From IMG/VR virus record IMGVR_UViG_2859810971_000007: 64,000 bases of DNA. The stretch is one strand, 5' to 3'. Positions 1 through 12,066 of this stretch are shown here, piece after piece. The stretch is from a virus (Duplodnaviria; Heunggongvirae; Uroviricota; Caudoviricetes). Numbering within the stretch: the stretch's first letter is position 1; every line of letters starts with the position of its first letter. The notes beneath the pieces were generated by a model. It ran no database searches and had not been told where the DNA came from. It saw nothing but the letters and a program-made list of their open reading frames with translations. The translations under genes were made by a program, and so were the position numbers.

Positions 1-471
1 ATCGGGATTTTCACCACATCAATGGGGTAACGATTTTTGCCGTCAATACGCCGCATCACATGCCAGCGACCATTCGCCAGTTGCTGAATAAACGCATCCC
101 GGAAAAGGTATTTCCCCACTTTCAGTACGCTGCCACGATGACGTGAGTTGCTGCCATGCCGGGAGCGGGCCAGTCTGACCTGTGCGGTACCCAGCTTAAT
201 GGCGGGCAGGTTACCCCGGTTAACACGCATGCGGGCATACATTTTTCCTGAGGGGCTGGCTTTAAGCAGCCTGACACGCTCCCTGACCGTTTTCAGGGGA
301 ATACCTTTCACCTGGTTATCCCCGGCAACGGTATTCTGCGCAACCTGCCGTGTGGCGACAGAAACAATCTTTGCCGCCACACGGTTTACCGCCCATGCGC
401 TGGTCTGTGGCACCATGCGGGTATCGAGGCTGTTCAGATTGCGGATGGCATTCTCAAGTCCCTTCATCATA
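1..471 (-). CDS. Z: Phage tail protein Z-like (lambda gpZ), partial; 3' end beyond window start
   Basis: Minus-strand translation from ATG at 471 (MMKGLENAIRNL...GKNRYPIDVVKIP) matches lambda gpZ; position downstream of FII; absent from ORF track because no stop in window. Confidence 0.6.
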
Positions 472-830
472 TCGCCTCATTCTGGCATTATTCTGTGGGG
501 CAGGACTGCCCCGCCTTAACCGGATATAACAGCATCCCCCGTCATCCGGAGTAATACGATCCACAAAGAAAGAATCATCCCCGATAGTTAACGTATCCTG
601 ACGGCGTAACTGCGATATATCTGCCGTTTTCACAAACAGGCACGGTGAGGAATCCTCAAGCCGGATCCCCCGGCAACAAAAGAAATACTTTCGGGATCAT
701 CAAAAACCCCTGTCAGGTGTGTCCCCTCAAGTTCTCCGGACGTAATGACGGCGCTGATCCCCATATCACGGAGAATGACTTCATTGACACCGGCAAGCGC
801 AGCATCAAACAGATTATCGAAACCGTCCAC
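452..830 (-). pseudogene. FII: Head-tail joining protein FII-like, frameshifted
   Basis: N-term MDGFDNLFDAALAG.. (ORF 630..830) and C-term LFVKTADISQLRRQDTLTIGDDSFFVDRITPDDGG in another frame; shift falls in C5 run 667-671. Confidence 0.55.
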
Positions 831-841
831 GACATCTCCTG

Positions 842-1228
842 TTACTGCCTTTTTGCCAGACCACCTGCCGCCATGCTGGCAGCCACCTCAGCAGAAACAC
901 GAAACGACGTTCCCGGTGAAACAAATATCACTGAACCATTACATTTTGTATGCAGTGTCGCCAATGCCACCACCGTAACCTGCCCCGTTTCGTCTCCGGT
1001 AACAATGCCTGGCTGTTCAGGAACTGACTCGCCTTTATGCGCGGTCGGATCATCTTTCGATGGTGAGTACGTATCCGGCTCTGCGACCTCCCCCGCATCT
1101 CCAAGCTCTTCCTCCAGTTCCGCCACTCGCTGCGCAATATCTGCCGCACTACCGGAGACATCCGGTTCACGCCCCAGCCTCTCAGCCAGCTCACAAAGAC
1201 GTTTCAGGTTTTCTTCTTTCGTAGCCAT
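842..1228 (-). CDS. FI: DNA packaging protein FI
   Basis: MATKEENLKRLCELAERLG... ...VTVVALATLHT..PGTSFRVSA resembles lambda gpFI; AGGAG RBS upstream of ATG at 1228. Confidence 0.7.
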   Translation of the reverse strand: MATKEENLKRLCELAERLGREPDVSGSAADIAQRVAELEEELGDAGEVAEPDTYSPSKDDPTAHKGESVPEQPGIVTGDETGQVTVVALATLHTKCNGSVIFVSPGTSFRVSAEVAASMAAGGLAKRQ

Positions 1229-1279
1229 ACCCGCTCCTGATTGAATGAAAAACGGGAGCATTTAGCTCCCGCTCACGGA

Positions 1280-2308
1280 TTATTTCACCTGCACCACCAC
1301 AAACTCATCCGGATCCGGCAGCACCATCAGCGGCGCGGACTGCGTCATGGTGAATTCACGCGCCGGATCACCCACGGTCAGCCAGTGTTTCGGATAACGG
1401 GAAGACGCCACCACGCCTTCAGACAATGCCTGCGCATCCTGAATGGCACCGTAGCAACGAATACCCTCTGCGGCCGTATTTCCCAGTACCAGTGTGCCGT
1501 CCGGCAGATAACGTTTTTCGGTACCGTCCTCTGCCACATAGGACGTTTTTGCCACCACGATTGCCAGATCACCATAATACCCTTTGAAGGACACCACCGC
1601 CCCCAGGTCTTTCACTGCCGTTTCCAGCTGTGAATTTGAGCCACGACGGGTATCCAGTTTTTCGCGGAACAGCTTAAAGCCATTCAGCAGACGCCAGACC
1701 TTACCATCCATAATGGCAATATTGATGGTGCCGGAAGCAAAATCACAGTACGCATCCAGATCATGCGTCGGATCAAAGGTATCGCGGTCCTGAGCGCTCC
1801 ACTCCGTCCCTCCTGCCTGCGTAATGTTATTTCCCACCGACCGGCCAAAATCGACCTCAACAGTTTCAAACTGCTCTCCTTCCATGGTGTATTTGCCATA
1901 CAGCACGGCATTCACCGCCTGCATCTCTTCCACCTGGACAATGGCGTGCTCTTCCTGTTTGAGGTTATCGGTGATGATACGCAGGCGACGGTAAGCCGGG
2001 TCGTTCAGCTGGGCCGGATCTTCACCGGGAAGACGATCCACCGCCTGCTGGTAATTAAATTCGTGTTTCGGCTTAACGTAGCCCGGGCGCAGTACACGAG
2101 TTTCACCGCCACGGTGACGCAACACCTTTCCTTCAACAACCGGGGAGACATAGGCCGCCACCGGCGTTTTTCCGGTAATTTTGTCCAGCATTACCTCTTC
2201 GGTATGGAAATTCACCGTACGGCGGAAAAACAGCTCCAGAAACAGCGCACGAAATTTAACTTTTTGTTCGGTATAACCGAGTAACTGGCGGGTCGTAAAC
2301 AATCCCAT
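1280..2308 (-). CDS. E: Major capsid protein E
   Basis: 342 aa; near-colinear with lambda gpE (LFLELFFRR..., KDLGAVVSFKGYYGDLAIVV, TVGDPAREFTMTQSAPLM). Confidence 0.85.
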   Translation of the reverse strand: MGLFTTRQLLGYTEQKVKFRALFLELFFRRTVNFHTEEVMLDKITGKTPVAAYVSPVVEGKVLRHRGGETRVLRPGYVKPKHEFNYQQAVDRLPGEDPAQLNDPAYRRLRIITDNLKQEEHAIVQVEEMQAVNAVLYGKYTMEGEQFETVEVDFGRSVGNNITQAGGTEWSAQDRDTFDPTHDLDAYCDFASGTINIAIMDGKVWRLLNGFKLFREKLDTRRGSNSQLETAVKDLGAVVSFKGYYGDLAIVVAKTSYVAEDGTEKRYLPDGTLVLGNTAAEGIRCYGAIQDAQALSEGVVASSRYPKHWLTVGDPAREFTMTQSAPLMVLPDPDEFVVVQVK

Positions 2309-2365
2309 AAATCAGTTCCTTTCATTCAGAAATCAGTCAGGCTACCGCAGTGACCTGATAAAATG

Positions 2366-2713
2366 TTACGGCAGCGCTGCGTGACTCAGGGCACTGCCGG
2401 CAAAGGCATTCGCCTTTTTGTGTGTATCCACTCTCTCAGGCCAGTGGATGGCCTCCATCGCAAAGGTCCCCGACTTGTAATACGTCAGCACCGTCTCTGT
2501 ACCTTCAAGCGGCAGTACCAGTATGCCAACCACATGGCCTGCCTTCTGTCCGTCCCAGACCACCAGTTTCCCGGTATCCTCATCCAGCATCAGGGGCGTC
2601 AGAGCCGGTGTTGCCGAGGAAATCCCGCAGCTGCCTGTGGCGGTATGGGCCGGATCATTACCGGCAAAAATACGTACTTCCGCACGCTGTTCAGTGATGG
2701 TTTTCGTTACCAT
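2366..2713 (-). CDS. D: Head decoration protein D
   Basis: 115 aa; NDPAHTATG...TPLMLDEDTGKLVVWDG...YYKSGTF matches lambda gpD. Confidence 0.8.
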   Translation of the reverse strand: MVTKTITEQRAEVRIFAGNDPAHTATGSCGISSATPALTPLMLDEDTGKLVVWDGQKAGHVVGILVLPLEGTETVLTYYKSGTFAMEAIHWPERVDTHKKANAFAGSALSHAALP

Positions 2714-2749
2714 ATTGTAAAAACCTCATATTGATGGTCAGCACTGACT

Positions 2750-4255
2750 TCATGGCATGGCCATGAGCATTTTCACGTCCGCATCACCGTCTGCTGACGT
2801 CTGTGGCACGCCACCCTGTACCGCTGCCGGTGAATGGTTCGCCATGAAATGTTCAAACATGGCGGTTGTGGATGCAGAAACCGGTTCTGCCCTGCCTGAG
2901 GCTGCCGCCAGTACAGCCCGGGCATTCTCCACGGTCATCCCCGGACAGGCCGCCAGTTTTTCAGCCTGCGCCTCTGCCCCTTTTGCCTCATCCAGGGCCA
3001 TAATCTGATCACGAAGTGAGGGTCCGGCATTCGCCTGCGGTGAAGCAGCCAGAATCGGACGGGCTTTTTCCACCGTCATCTCCGGCATCGCCGCCAGCGT
3101 TGCCGCCAGTTGTTCACGTCCTTTCGCCTCTTCACATGCCATAATGCGATCGGCTTCACTCTGCGCAGATACACCAGATTGTTGCGGTGCCGCCACGGCC
3201 AGAATCGCCCGGGCCTGCTCAACGCTCATACCCTGTTGCCCTGCCAGCATCGTGGCCAGTTGTTCACGTCCTTTCGCTTCCTGACACGTCAGGATCCCCA
3301 TCACTCGCTGGTTCTCCTGCGCGGCAGCCTCCGTTGCAGTTAATTGCGGCATAGTGCCTCCTGTATCGTGTGTGTTCAGCGTCGCAGCCATCACGCTGAT
3401 GGCGTCCGACGCATTGATTAATTCATCCGCCAGTTCGGCCTCAATACCGGACTGACCTTCAAAAACGGCGGCCTCTGTTCCCATAACCGCATCCACAGAT
3501 AAACCGGTATACATCGCCACTTTTTCAGCAAACATCCGGCGCGCCGCATCAATGCGCTGCTGCATGTCCTGGCGAACCTTTGCTGGCAGGGATTCAAACT
3601 GATTGCCATCCACCTTGTGCGATCCGGCGTAAATCAGCGTGATATCCACACCGGCCTGTGCCAGATGACCGGCATAGCTGACATGGCCCATCATCACCCC
3701 AATGGAGCCGATACGGGATGTCTGGGTAACCAGCCGTCGGGAGCAGGCCGATGCCAGTAACATGGCGGCTGAACAGGCCGTGTCATTGCACAGTGCCCAG
3801 ACAGGCTTCAGCTGCCGGAGACGGTAAATCATGTCAGCGCAGTCAAACGCGCCGGTGGCCTGCCCGCCAGGACTGTCAATGTCCAGCAGTACGCCCCGTA
3901 CCTGAGTGTCCGCCATTGCCTGCTGAAGACAGGCGACAATGCCGTCATAGCCAGTCATTCCGGAAAATGGCCGCATGCCACCCAGCCGGTGTACCAGCGT
4001 GCCGGTCACCGGCAGTACAGCAATACCGTTCACCACCCGGTAAACACGGGCAGGTCGTTTGCCTCCGGCCATGTACTCGTCCGTTTCAGCCAGCATCCCG
4101 GGAGCGTCAAGCTGTACCAGCTGTTGCGGTACCGAAAGGCTTGCTGCGCCCATCTCACGCCCGAGCGCGCAAAAGAAAACCCGCGCATAGGCGGGCTCCA
4201 GAAGCAGCGGCTCATTGAATGCCGCAGCGATAATATGTGAAAGATTACGTCTCAC
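2750..4255 (-). CDS. C: Head maturation protease C (S49/ClpP-like) with Nu3-type scaffold repeats
   Basis: 501 aa; S49 peptidase-like core (VLLDIDSPGG) followed by repeated QEAKGREQLA / EEAKGREQLA / DEAKGAEAQA scaffold motifs. Confidence 0.75.
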   Translation of the reverse strand: MRRNLSHIIAAAFNEPLLLEPAYARVFFCALGREMGAASLSVPQQLVQLDAPGMLAETDEYMAGGKRPARVYRVVNGIAVLPVTGTLVHRLGGMRPFSGMTGYDGIVACLQQAMADTQVRGVLLDIDSPGGQATGAFDCADMIYRLRQLKPVWALCNDTACSAAMLLASACSRRLVTQTSRIGSIGVMMGHVSYAGHLAQAGVDITLIYAGSHKVDGNQFESLPAKVRQDMQQRIDAARRMFAEKVAMYTGLSVDAVMGTEAAVFEGQSGIEAELADELINASDAISVMAATLNTHDTGGTMPQLTATEAAAQENQRVMGILTCQEAKGREQLATMLAGQQGMSVEQARAILAVAAPQQSGVSAQSEADRIMACEEAKGREQLAATLAAMPEMTVEKARPILAASPQANAGPSLRDQIMALDEAKGAEAQAEKLAACPGMTVENARAVLAAASGRAEPVSASTTAMFEHFMANHSPAAVQGGVPQTSADGDADVKMLMAMP

Positions 4256-4310
4256 GTGATGTTGTCTCCTCTTCCGGCCTGCGACTCTCCGCTATCTGCT
4301 GCTGATACGC

Positions 4311-5838
4311 CTAGGCTATCCACACCGGACGTGAGAGTCCGGCTTTTTCGCGCTCTGCGGATTCCCTGACCTGCTGGCGGAAAATGTCCTGATAATCTTC
4401 GCCCATCAGTGCCAGTTCTTTCTCATACGTGCTCAGTCCGGCCTCAATGCGCATCACCGATTCCTGGACCTCCTTGAGCCCGTCAATGGCCATTCTTCCG
4501 GAGCCAATCCACTCTGCCCGTGACCAGGCTGAACGCGCCTGGTAAAAATCAAAACGCGCCCGTGGCGGACGAATAATCCCCCGAAGAAGCGCCTCTTCCA
4601 GCCAGCAGGAAAACATCTGCGTGGCCAGCCGGGCCGCAATAAATTTTCGCCGCCCCATAAAATAGCGCCACGACTCATTGGCGGAGGCGCGGGCACTTGA
4701 GTAACTGACCTTCGAGTAATCACGGGACAACTGTTCGTAGGAAACGCCAAGACCGGCTGCAATATACCGCAGCAGCGCCTGTTCAAGCGCCGAAAATCCA
4801 TTGTCTGAATCCTGCGCTGTCTGCAGGTTCAGCGCATCGCCAGGAAAAAAGGTGCGGAATTTTAACACCGCCCAGCGTCACGTTATTCGTGTCATACCAG
4901 CGGGTGAACTTCTCCAGAATATTAATAAGCGGATTATCCTGCTGACCTTGCGGTGCCCCCGCGATATATTCAAATGCCTTTTCGGTATCAAGTTCACTTT
5001 CGATTGTGGCTGCATACATCGCCTTCACAATGGCCGACTGAAGCTGCGTGGCCTGCAGGGAGTCCAGCATCTTCATCCGCTCCATTACGCTGTAAAACTG
5101 ATTAGCCCCACGGGTCTGCCCGTCCTCCACCGGCTCAAAAATATGCAGCATGGCCGGACGCCCGGTGGGAAGCTCACGCGGGATCCGCTCCCAGCGTCCG
5201 GCACCAGAGAACGGAAAATCATCCTCACAGATATGGTACGCAATCGCCCGCCCATACCGATCGACCTCAACCCCGGCCCGCAGAAAGTGGTTCCCCATAC
5301 CGTGTCCTGGCGTGTCCACCCGTTTCGGACTCACGGCTTTAAAACGCGTACGGAATAACTGCGTGGTTTCCGTATCCCAGACCGGCTGCACAAAGATTTC
5401 GCCGTTAAAGGCATGCACGCCCACCCCTTCACGGATAAATTCCGTAAACGTGCGTTTCCCTTCCACGTCGATCTCGCCAAACATTCCTTCTGCGTATTCC
5501 GACCAGGCTGCTTCCACCTCCCCGACAAAACTTTTTGCCGTGGTCTCCCGCATCCCCAGCCAACGCCAGTTCAGACGGTAGCTGATAAGAAACATGTGCC
5601 CGACGATATGATCCTTATGCAGGGCCACCGCATTAGCCGCGATACCGTTATTGCGCACCAGATCATCTGCCCGGGCATTCCCCAGACGCAATGCAGGCAA
5701 CAGGGCCGCATCGGCACTCTGCGCCGGTGGTAACCACTCTGCCATTTGCCCGCCAAATCCTGCGCCGCCTCCGTTGTAGCCGAGACTCTCACGAAGCGGA
5801 ACGCCGTTCACATCAATCAGGACAGGCGTTCGTTTCAT
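4311..5838 (-). pseudogene. B: Portal protein B, frameshifted
   Basis: N-part (ORF 4783..5838) and C-part (ORF 4311..4868) both align to lambda gpB; frames join if one base is removed from the A6 run at 4845-4850. Confidence 0.75.
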
Positions 5839-6038
5839 AACCTCACTCCCAGCGGTCGGCGGCGTCGGGTCGTACCCAGAACCGACTCCGCATCGTTGAT
5901 CGCACGGTTAAGCTCATTCAGGGACGCTGCCGTATATTCGATCCTGCGACCGTCTTTCTGTACCAACACAACCCGTTTACCGGTTAATAAATCAAGGCGC
6001 GCCTGACGCAGCGCCTGCAGTTCAGCGACTGTAACCAT
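5835..6038 (-). CDS. W: Head-tail connector protein W
   Basis: 67 aa; ELQALRQARLDLLTGKRVV.VQKDGRRIEYTA matches lambda gpW; lies between A and B. Confidence 0.7.
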   Translation of the reverse strand: MVTVAELQALRQARLDLLTGKRVVLVQKDGRRIEYTAASLNELNRAINDAESVLGTTRRRRPLGVRL

Positions 6039-7950
6039 TCACTCCTCCGGACAGCTTCGCTGCCAGTTCTTCAAGGGTCGGTTGTTCAGTTGCATCCTTG
6101 CGGGATGCCGCCAGCACAGCCAGATCAAGTTGCCAGCGTTGCACGGACACACGTAATGCCGCATAGGCATACACCAGGCAGTCCAGCGCTTCGTTACGCC
6201 GCTTTTTGTTATCCCACAACAGACGCATCTTTCCTTTTTCCCACTTTTCCACCAGTTCCTCCGCCACCAGTTGTTGTGCCTCTGTCTGCGAAAAAGTCTC
6301 CGGATTATCAGGAAAGCGGATGGCATACGATGTGGCCTCATTCACAGGGGTGGGATCGGCCTTCATTCGGGCATAGAGAATTTCTTTTGCGGTATCCGTC
6401 CCCACCTCACACAGATACACACCCCGCTGATTGCGGGTTTTCGGCATGGTGATCACCGGCTTGCCATAGACAGAGGCACCTTTTACCGGCAGTACCCGGA
6501 AAACACCGTGTTTTTTTGACCTCTGATACACGATTTCGCCATCGATCCCCCCGATATCCCAGCAGACACGGGAAATGGTCATTTCGGTACCGTCTGCATG
6601 GCGGTATTTTTTATTGATCGCCGCATCCACACGTAACAGCGTCTCTTCCTCATCAGGACGTCCCATGATGATGATTTTATCCACCAGAAAGGCTTCCTCT
6701 CCCGGAGCCCACCCCCAGACATACATCTCAAAACGGTTTCGCTGCGAGTCAATGCCCGCCGTCAGATAAACCACCCGGACAGGCACCGTTGCCGTGTAAG
6801 GCACAACCTTATCCATCAGTACCTGGTGATCGAGTTTTTCGCCCACGGCCTCTTCCCAGGTCTCGCCCAGCGTGGTGTTCACAAAAGTTTTCACGCCGTT
6901 GGGATCTTTCAGTGCATCCAGCCAGTCACAGACTATCTGTACCCAGGTGGTGAACGGACTGTACGCCGTCCATATATGGAAAGTGATGGAGCGCGGCGGC
7001 GGAATTTCATTACCCGAAGCACTGAAAAACGTCAGACCGTCACGCGTCCACATCCCGGTATTGTCACAAATCCAGCGCCCCCCGGTCTGATCAAGTTCAG
7101 ACTGACGGATCACGCAGCCATTATGTTCACACAGGTAATACACCGTTTCCGGTTTACCCTTCTCCCATTTCAGGCCAAACGACGTCGCATCATCGCCAAA
7201 CTTCAGATACTGCTCCTCCCCGCAATGAGGGCAAGGGACATAAAACCGCATGAAATGCGCAGATTCATTCGCAGCTTTTTCAATCTGACAGGAGCCTTTA
7301 ATTTTTGGCGTTGAACCGCGTATGGATTTTGGCCATACCGAACCTTCAATACGTTTATCGCCAAGCAGTGTTGGCGAACCTTCTTTTTCCACATCCGGTT
7401 CAAACGAGGAGAGTTCGTCATAGCAGACCACATCGACAGATTTTTCACGGTAGTTTTTGGCAGCAGCACCACCCAAACACCAGAACCCCACACCAGAGGA
7501 AAAACGCTTCAGTGTGAGCGTATTATCCCGGTGTTTCCGGCCCAGCCAGGGAGAAAGTTTTTTCAGGCAAGGAACATCACGAATTGTTGCTTCCACGTGA
7601 GACTTCATAAAATCTTCAGCAGCTGAGTCCGTCGGCTGAAAAAGAAGAGTGTTGCGGGATTTGTGCTCAATAAAATACCCGATCACACCAAGCACCATTT
7701 TTGTATAACCAACACGGGCAGATTTAATCAGGTTAACTGTACGAATCTCGTCATTGCCCATGCAGTTCATGATGGCGACCTGAAACGGCAGCGTTTTCCA
7801 TTCCCCCTCACCGTATGACGATTCTTTAGGCAGGTAATAATTTTGATCGGCCCATTCTACAGCCGTCACCGGCAATACCCTGACCAGTGGCTGCAGTGCG
7901 ATAGTGACTGCCACCATCATATTACTCAGTTGTTGTTCTGATATATTCAT
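6022..7950 (-). CDS. A: Terminase large subunit A
   Basis: Colinear with lambda gpA (TAVEWADQNYYLPKESSYGEGEWKTLPFQ...); start taken at MNISEQQ (ATG 7950); longer ORF start at 8007 also possible. Confidence 0.85.
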   Translation of the reverse strand: MNISEQQLSNMMVAVTIALQPLVRVLPVTAVEWADQNYYLPKESSYGEGEWKTLPFQVAIMNCMGNDEIRTVNLIKSARVGYTKMVLGVIGYFIEHKSRNTLLFQPTDSAAEDFMKSHVEATIRDVPCLKKLSPWLGRKHRDNTLTLKRFSSGVGFWCLGGAAAKNYREKSVDVVCYDELSSFEPDVEKEGSPTLLGDKRIEGSVWPKSIRGSTPKIKGSCQIEKAANESAHFMRFYVPCPHCGEEQYLKFGDDATSFGLKWEKGKPETVYYLCEHNGCVIRQSELDQTGGRWICDNTGMWTRDGLTFFSASGNEIPPPRSITFHIWTAYSPFTTWVQIVCDWLDALKDPNGVKTFVNTTLGETWEEAVGEKLDHQVLMDKVVPYTATVPVRVVYLTAGIDSQRNRFEMYVWGWAPGEEAFLVDKIIIMGRPDEEETLLRVDAAINKKYRHADGTEMTISRVCWDIGGIDGEIVYQRSKKHGVFRVLPVKGASVYGKPVITMPKTRNQRGVYLCEVGTDTAKEILYARMKADPTPVNEATSYAIRFPDNPETFSQTEAQQLVAEELVEKWEKGKMRLLWDNKKRRNEALDCLVYAYAALRVSVQRWQLDLAVLAASRKDATEQPTLEELAAKLSGGVNGYSR

Positions 7951-8229
7951 CGAGTAAATCCGGTAATTTATCCCCCGCACGCGCGCACTGATTCGCTCCC
8001 TTAGCAATAAGGATTTTCAGATGATCAATATGACGCGGCGTTAAATCCGGGAACTGTCGTTGCATGGACAAAGGAATGGAGTCAAGCGTACTGGATAAAG
8101 CCATCGCCAGCTTACTAAGGGCAAAAATACAAAATCCGGTATCGATAAGATTTCCTTTTGACACCTGATTTTTTAACTGCTGTGCGACAGCCTGTTCTGC
8201 GGTCAGTTCCCATCTGGCAATGAGTAGTT
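7922..8229 (-). pseudogene. nu1: Terminase small subunit Nu1, C-terminal fragment truncated by IS600
   Basis: Translation ...GFCIFALSKLAMALSSTLDSIPLSMQRQFPDLTPRHIDHLK matches lambda Nu1 C-terminus; N-terminal part replaced by IS600 end at 8230. Confidence 0.6.
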
Positions 8230-8271
8230 TGAGGTGTACTGGCAATAGCGGACACTACCATTTGTTCTTTT

Positions 8272-9090
8272 TTAAGCAGCCATCTGATGATATTTTTCCC
8301 TGAAGGCTGCCGGGGAGATATTCCCCAGACGAGAGTGACGACGCTGACGATTGTAGAAAATCTCAATGTATTCCCGTATTACTGAGATGGCTTCATCCCG
8401 GTTATTAAAACGATAGTGGCTCAGGCTCTCATTTTTCAGCGTTCCCCAGAAGCTTTCCATCGGAGCATTGTCGTAACAGTTACCTTTACGCGACATTGAT
8501 GTTTTCAGACCAAACTGCTCCTGTATGACCCGGTAATCGTATGCGCAGTACTGTGAACCTCGATCAGAGTGGTGGATTAGCCCGGCAGGTGGGCGCTGGC
8601 TCCTGAGCGCCATAAACAGGGCTTTACCTGTCAGCTCTTTTGTCATGCGCTCTCCCATGGCGTAGCCGACAATTTCGCACGTATAAACATCTTTGATGCC
8701 AGCGAGGTACAACCATCCCTCCTGTGTGGCAACATACGTCAGGTCCGCCACCCAGACCTGATTTGGTGCTGTAGGAGCGAACGTCTGGTTCAGCAGATTT
8801 GGCGCAACTGGCAGATTGTGGTTCGGGTTCGTAGTCGCTCTGAACTTGCGTTTCTGCTTACAGCGTAGCCTCAGCTCCTTACGAAGACGTGCCAGTCGGT
8901 CACGACCAACGATGATGCCATTCTCTGCCAGCTCCGTCTGGAGCCGCCGGGTTCCATATGTTTCGCGAGTGCGGATATGTGCCACCTTAATCTCCAGTTT
9001 TAGCCGCTCATCACTTTGTTTTCTGTCTGAGGGTTCATGCTGTACCCAGTTGTAATAACCGCTCCTGGATACACCAAATACCTGACACAT
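8272..9090 (-). CDS. IS600 OrfB transposase (DDE)
   Basis: 272-aa ORF near-identical in all five copies; IS3-family integrase-core motifs. Confidence 0.9.
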   Translation of the reverse strand: MCQVFGVSRSGYYNWVQHEPSDRKQSDERLKLEIKVAHIRTRETYGTRRLQTELAENGIIVGRDRLARLRKELRLRCKQKRKFRATTNPNHNLPVAPNLLNQTFAPTAPNQVWVADLTYVATQEGWLYLAGIKDVYTCEIVGYAMGERMTKELTGKALFMALRSQRPPAGLIHHSDRGSQYCAYDYRVIQEQFGLKTSMSRKGNCYDNAPMESFWGTLKNESLSHYRFNNRDEAISVIREYIEIFYNRQRRHSRLGNISPAAFREKYHQMAA

Positions 9091-9366
9091 CGCTTCAATG
9101 GGAAATTGTTGTCGCCATTGTTCGATTAACGCGTATTTTTCAGCGACTCCTGTGCAAAATACGCTGTTGCTTTTTTTAATATATCGCGCTCAAGGCGAGC
9201 TTCATTTAACGCCTTACGCAGTTGCAGAATTTCAGATTCCAGTTCAGCCACCGTGCGGGAACCAGGAGTACCGAGCCCTTTTCTGGCGGCGGTAACCCAT
9301 TGTCCTAAAGTGTGAACCGCCCCGGGAATCCTGGAGACTAAACTTCCTGAGAAAGAGGTAAACAGG

Positions 9367-9689
9367 ATGACTAAAAATACTCGTTTTTCCCCCGAAGTCC
9401 GTCAACGGGCAGTCCGTATGGTTCTGGAAAGTCAGGGCGAATATGACTCACAATGGGCGACAATTTGTTCCATTGCCCCAAAGATTGGCTGTACGCCGGA
9501 GACTCTGCGTGTCTGGGTTCGCCAGCATGAGCGGGATACCGGGGGCGGTGATGGAGGGCTCACCACCGCTGAACGTCAGCGCCTGAAAGAGCTGGAGCGT
9601 GAAAATCGTGAACTGCGCCGCAGTAACAATATCCTTCGCCAGGCTTCCGCTTATTTTGCGAAGGCGGAGTTCGACCGCCTCTGGAAAAA

Positions 9690-9693
<4 letters not shown>
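9367..9693 (+). CDS. IS629 OrfA
   Basis: 108 aa [30 protein letters not shown]... HTH plus leucine zipper typical of IS3 OrfA. Confidence 0.8.
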
Positions 9694-10576
<883 letters not shown>

Positions 10577-10800
10577 GTTCACAGATAAAACACTCTCCAG
10601 GAAACCCGGGCGGTTCAGTGCCTTCAGGAAGAGATAATCGGGAAGCGCCTTCACTGATCGAAAGTTGATTTTCAAGAACCGTTCTGACAGCTTCGGCTTT
10701 GAACTCTTTAGAGTAACGTTGGGTTTTTCTGCTCATTATTAGCTCCTTCTGATGCCATTCTATTTCAGGAAGGAGTGTCCGTTAAACTCAGGCTACCTCA

Positions 10801-10881
10801 CTGATCCAACCACTGCAAAAACCAGTAGCCGGCACTGCCGGCGGAGGTGCCGTAGGCAATGCCTGTTGATATTTTTTCCAT
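10801..10881 (-). pseudogene. Holin N-terminal fragment, truncated by IS600
   Basis: Minus-strand [27 protein letters not shown] matches N-terminus of the holin at 47216; cut at IS600 end 10800. Confidence 0.45.
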
Positions 10882-11567
10882 CTGATACATATCCCGCCCC
10901 CCGACAGACCTGTGCTATCGGAAAGAAAAAAGGCCATCAGCAAAACTCTGATGGCCTGAATCACCTTTACCAATATTGTATGAAAAAACACGCACGACTA
11001 ATTGACAATAATTTTCATTTCCATTAAAAAAGATCGCGCAGCATTCTTAATTCATGAGGAACTTTACCCGCCAGCAATCTGAGTAGCGAAAGCTGTTCAT
11101 CCCAATGTTTTTGCTGGCGGGTCCTTTTTTCTACGGTCCTCCTCCCCGGAGGGGCATTTCATTATTTTTCTAATCGTTACTGGTGAGAAGGCGGAAGAAA
11201 AAGCCAGTTCTTCGCCCCTAAATAATAGCATGATTCCAGTCCATGCAAAATCTGATTTCCAGCTCACACATACCGAGCACTGTACAAAAAACCGCCAACC
11301 AAGGCAGTTAAGAGTGTGTTCCCGGGGTTTGCTTAGAATATTTTGTAAGTTGTCCGAAGAGATATTTACAACACCAGAATGATGCATTATCAGTCCCCTG
11401 CCAGAGGTTCACTACGTAACCTGACCGACAATGCACCATTCTGGTGCTGAAAAAAGAGCACTGGAACTGCAACAAAACAACATCACAGAACAGGAGATGG
11501 TAAGGAGTCAGACATTCCCACACAATATTGTGTCAGTGCAAATAACAACCTTCGTCTCAAATCTCGC

Positions 11568-11642
<75 letters not shown>

Positions 11643-11645
11643 ATA

Positions 11646-11720
<75 letters not shown>

Positions 11721-11722
11721 GC

Positions 11723-11799
11723 TGGCCCACCACCGAGGACTCGAACCTCGCACCGTCAACTTAGAAGGTTGATGCTCTATCCGGATGAGCTAGTGGTGG
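11723..11799 (-). tRNA. tRNA-Arg (anticodon TCT)
   Basis: 77 nt; anticodon loop CTTCTAA; acceptor CCACCAC/GTGGTGG; identical to plus copy. Confidence 0.75.
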
Positions 11800-11800
11800 T

Positions 11801-11877
11801 TGGTGGCCCTTGCTGGACTTGAACCAGCGACCTGGCGATTATGAGTCGCTCGCTCTGACCAACTGAGCTAAAGGGCC
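11801..11877 (-). tRNA. tRNA with CAT anticodon (ileX-like, Ile2 or Met)
   Basis: 77 nt; anticodon loop CTCATAA; sequence close to E. coli ileX as recalled. Confidence 0.75.
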
Positions 11878-11961
11878 GGAGGCAGAATAATAACCATATG
11901 TCATCACATCTGCAAACTCATCTGATCACCAGCACGTTTAACGTCCTGTGCCGTTTTTCAG

Positions 11962-11990
11962 GTATAAAAAAAACCGCATAAAGCGGGCTC
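11962..11990 (-). terminator. Candidate tR'-like intrinsic terminator downstream of Q-like gene
   Basis: Minus-strand short hairpin CCGC..GCGG followed by T8 run, between Q-like gene and tRNA array. Confidence 0.4.
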
Positions 11991-12066
11991 TTTCAAATGT
12001 CCATGTCTGCTATTCGCCTCGCGGTACAGCTTTGCGATGCGTACAAGAATTGAAGCAGTTTTTACG

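Noticed and set aside
3751-4240. Arg/Pro-rich plus-strand ORFs of 155 and 83 aa
   Set aside because: Antisense to the well-supported protease C gene in GC-rich sequence; composition typical of antisense artefacts.
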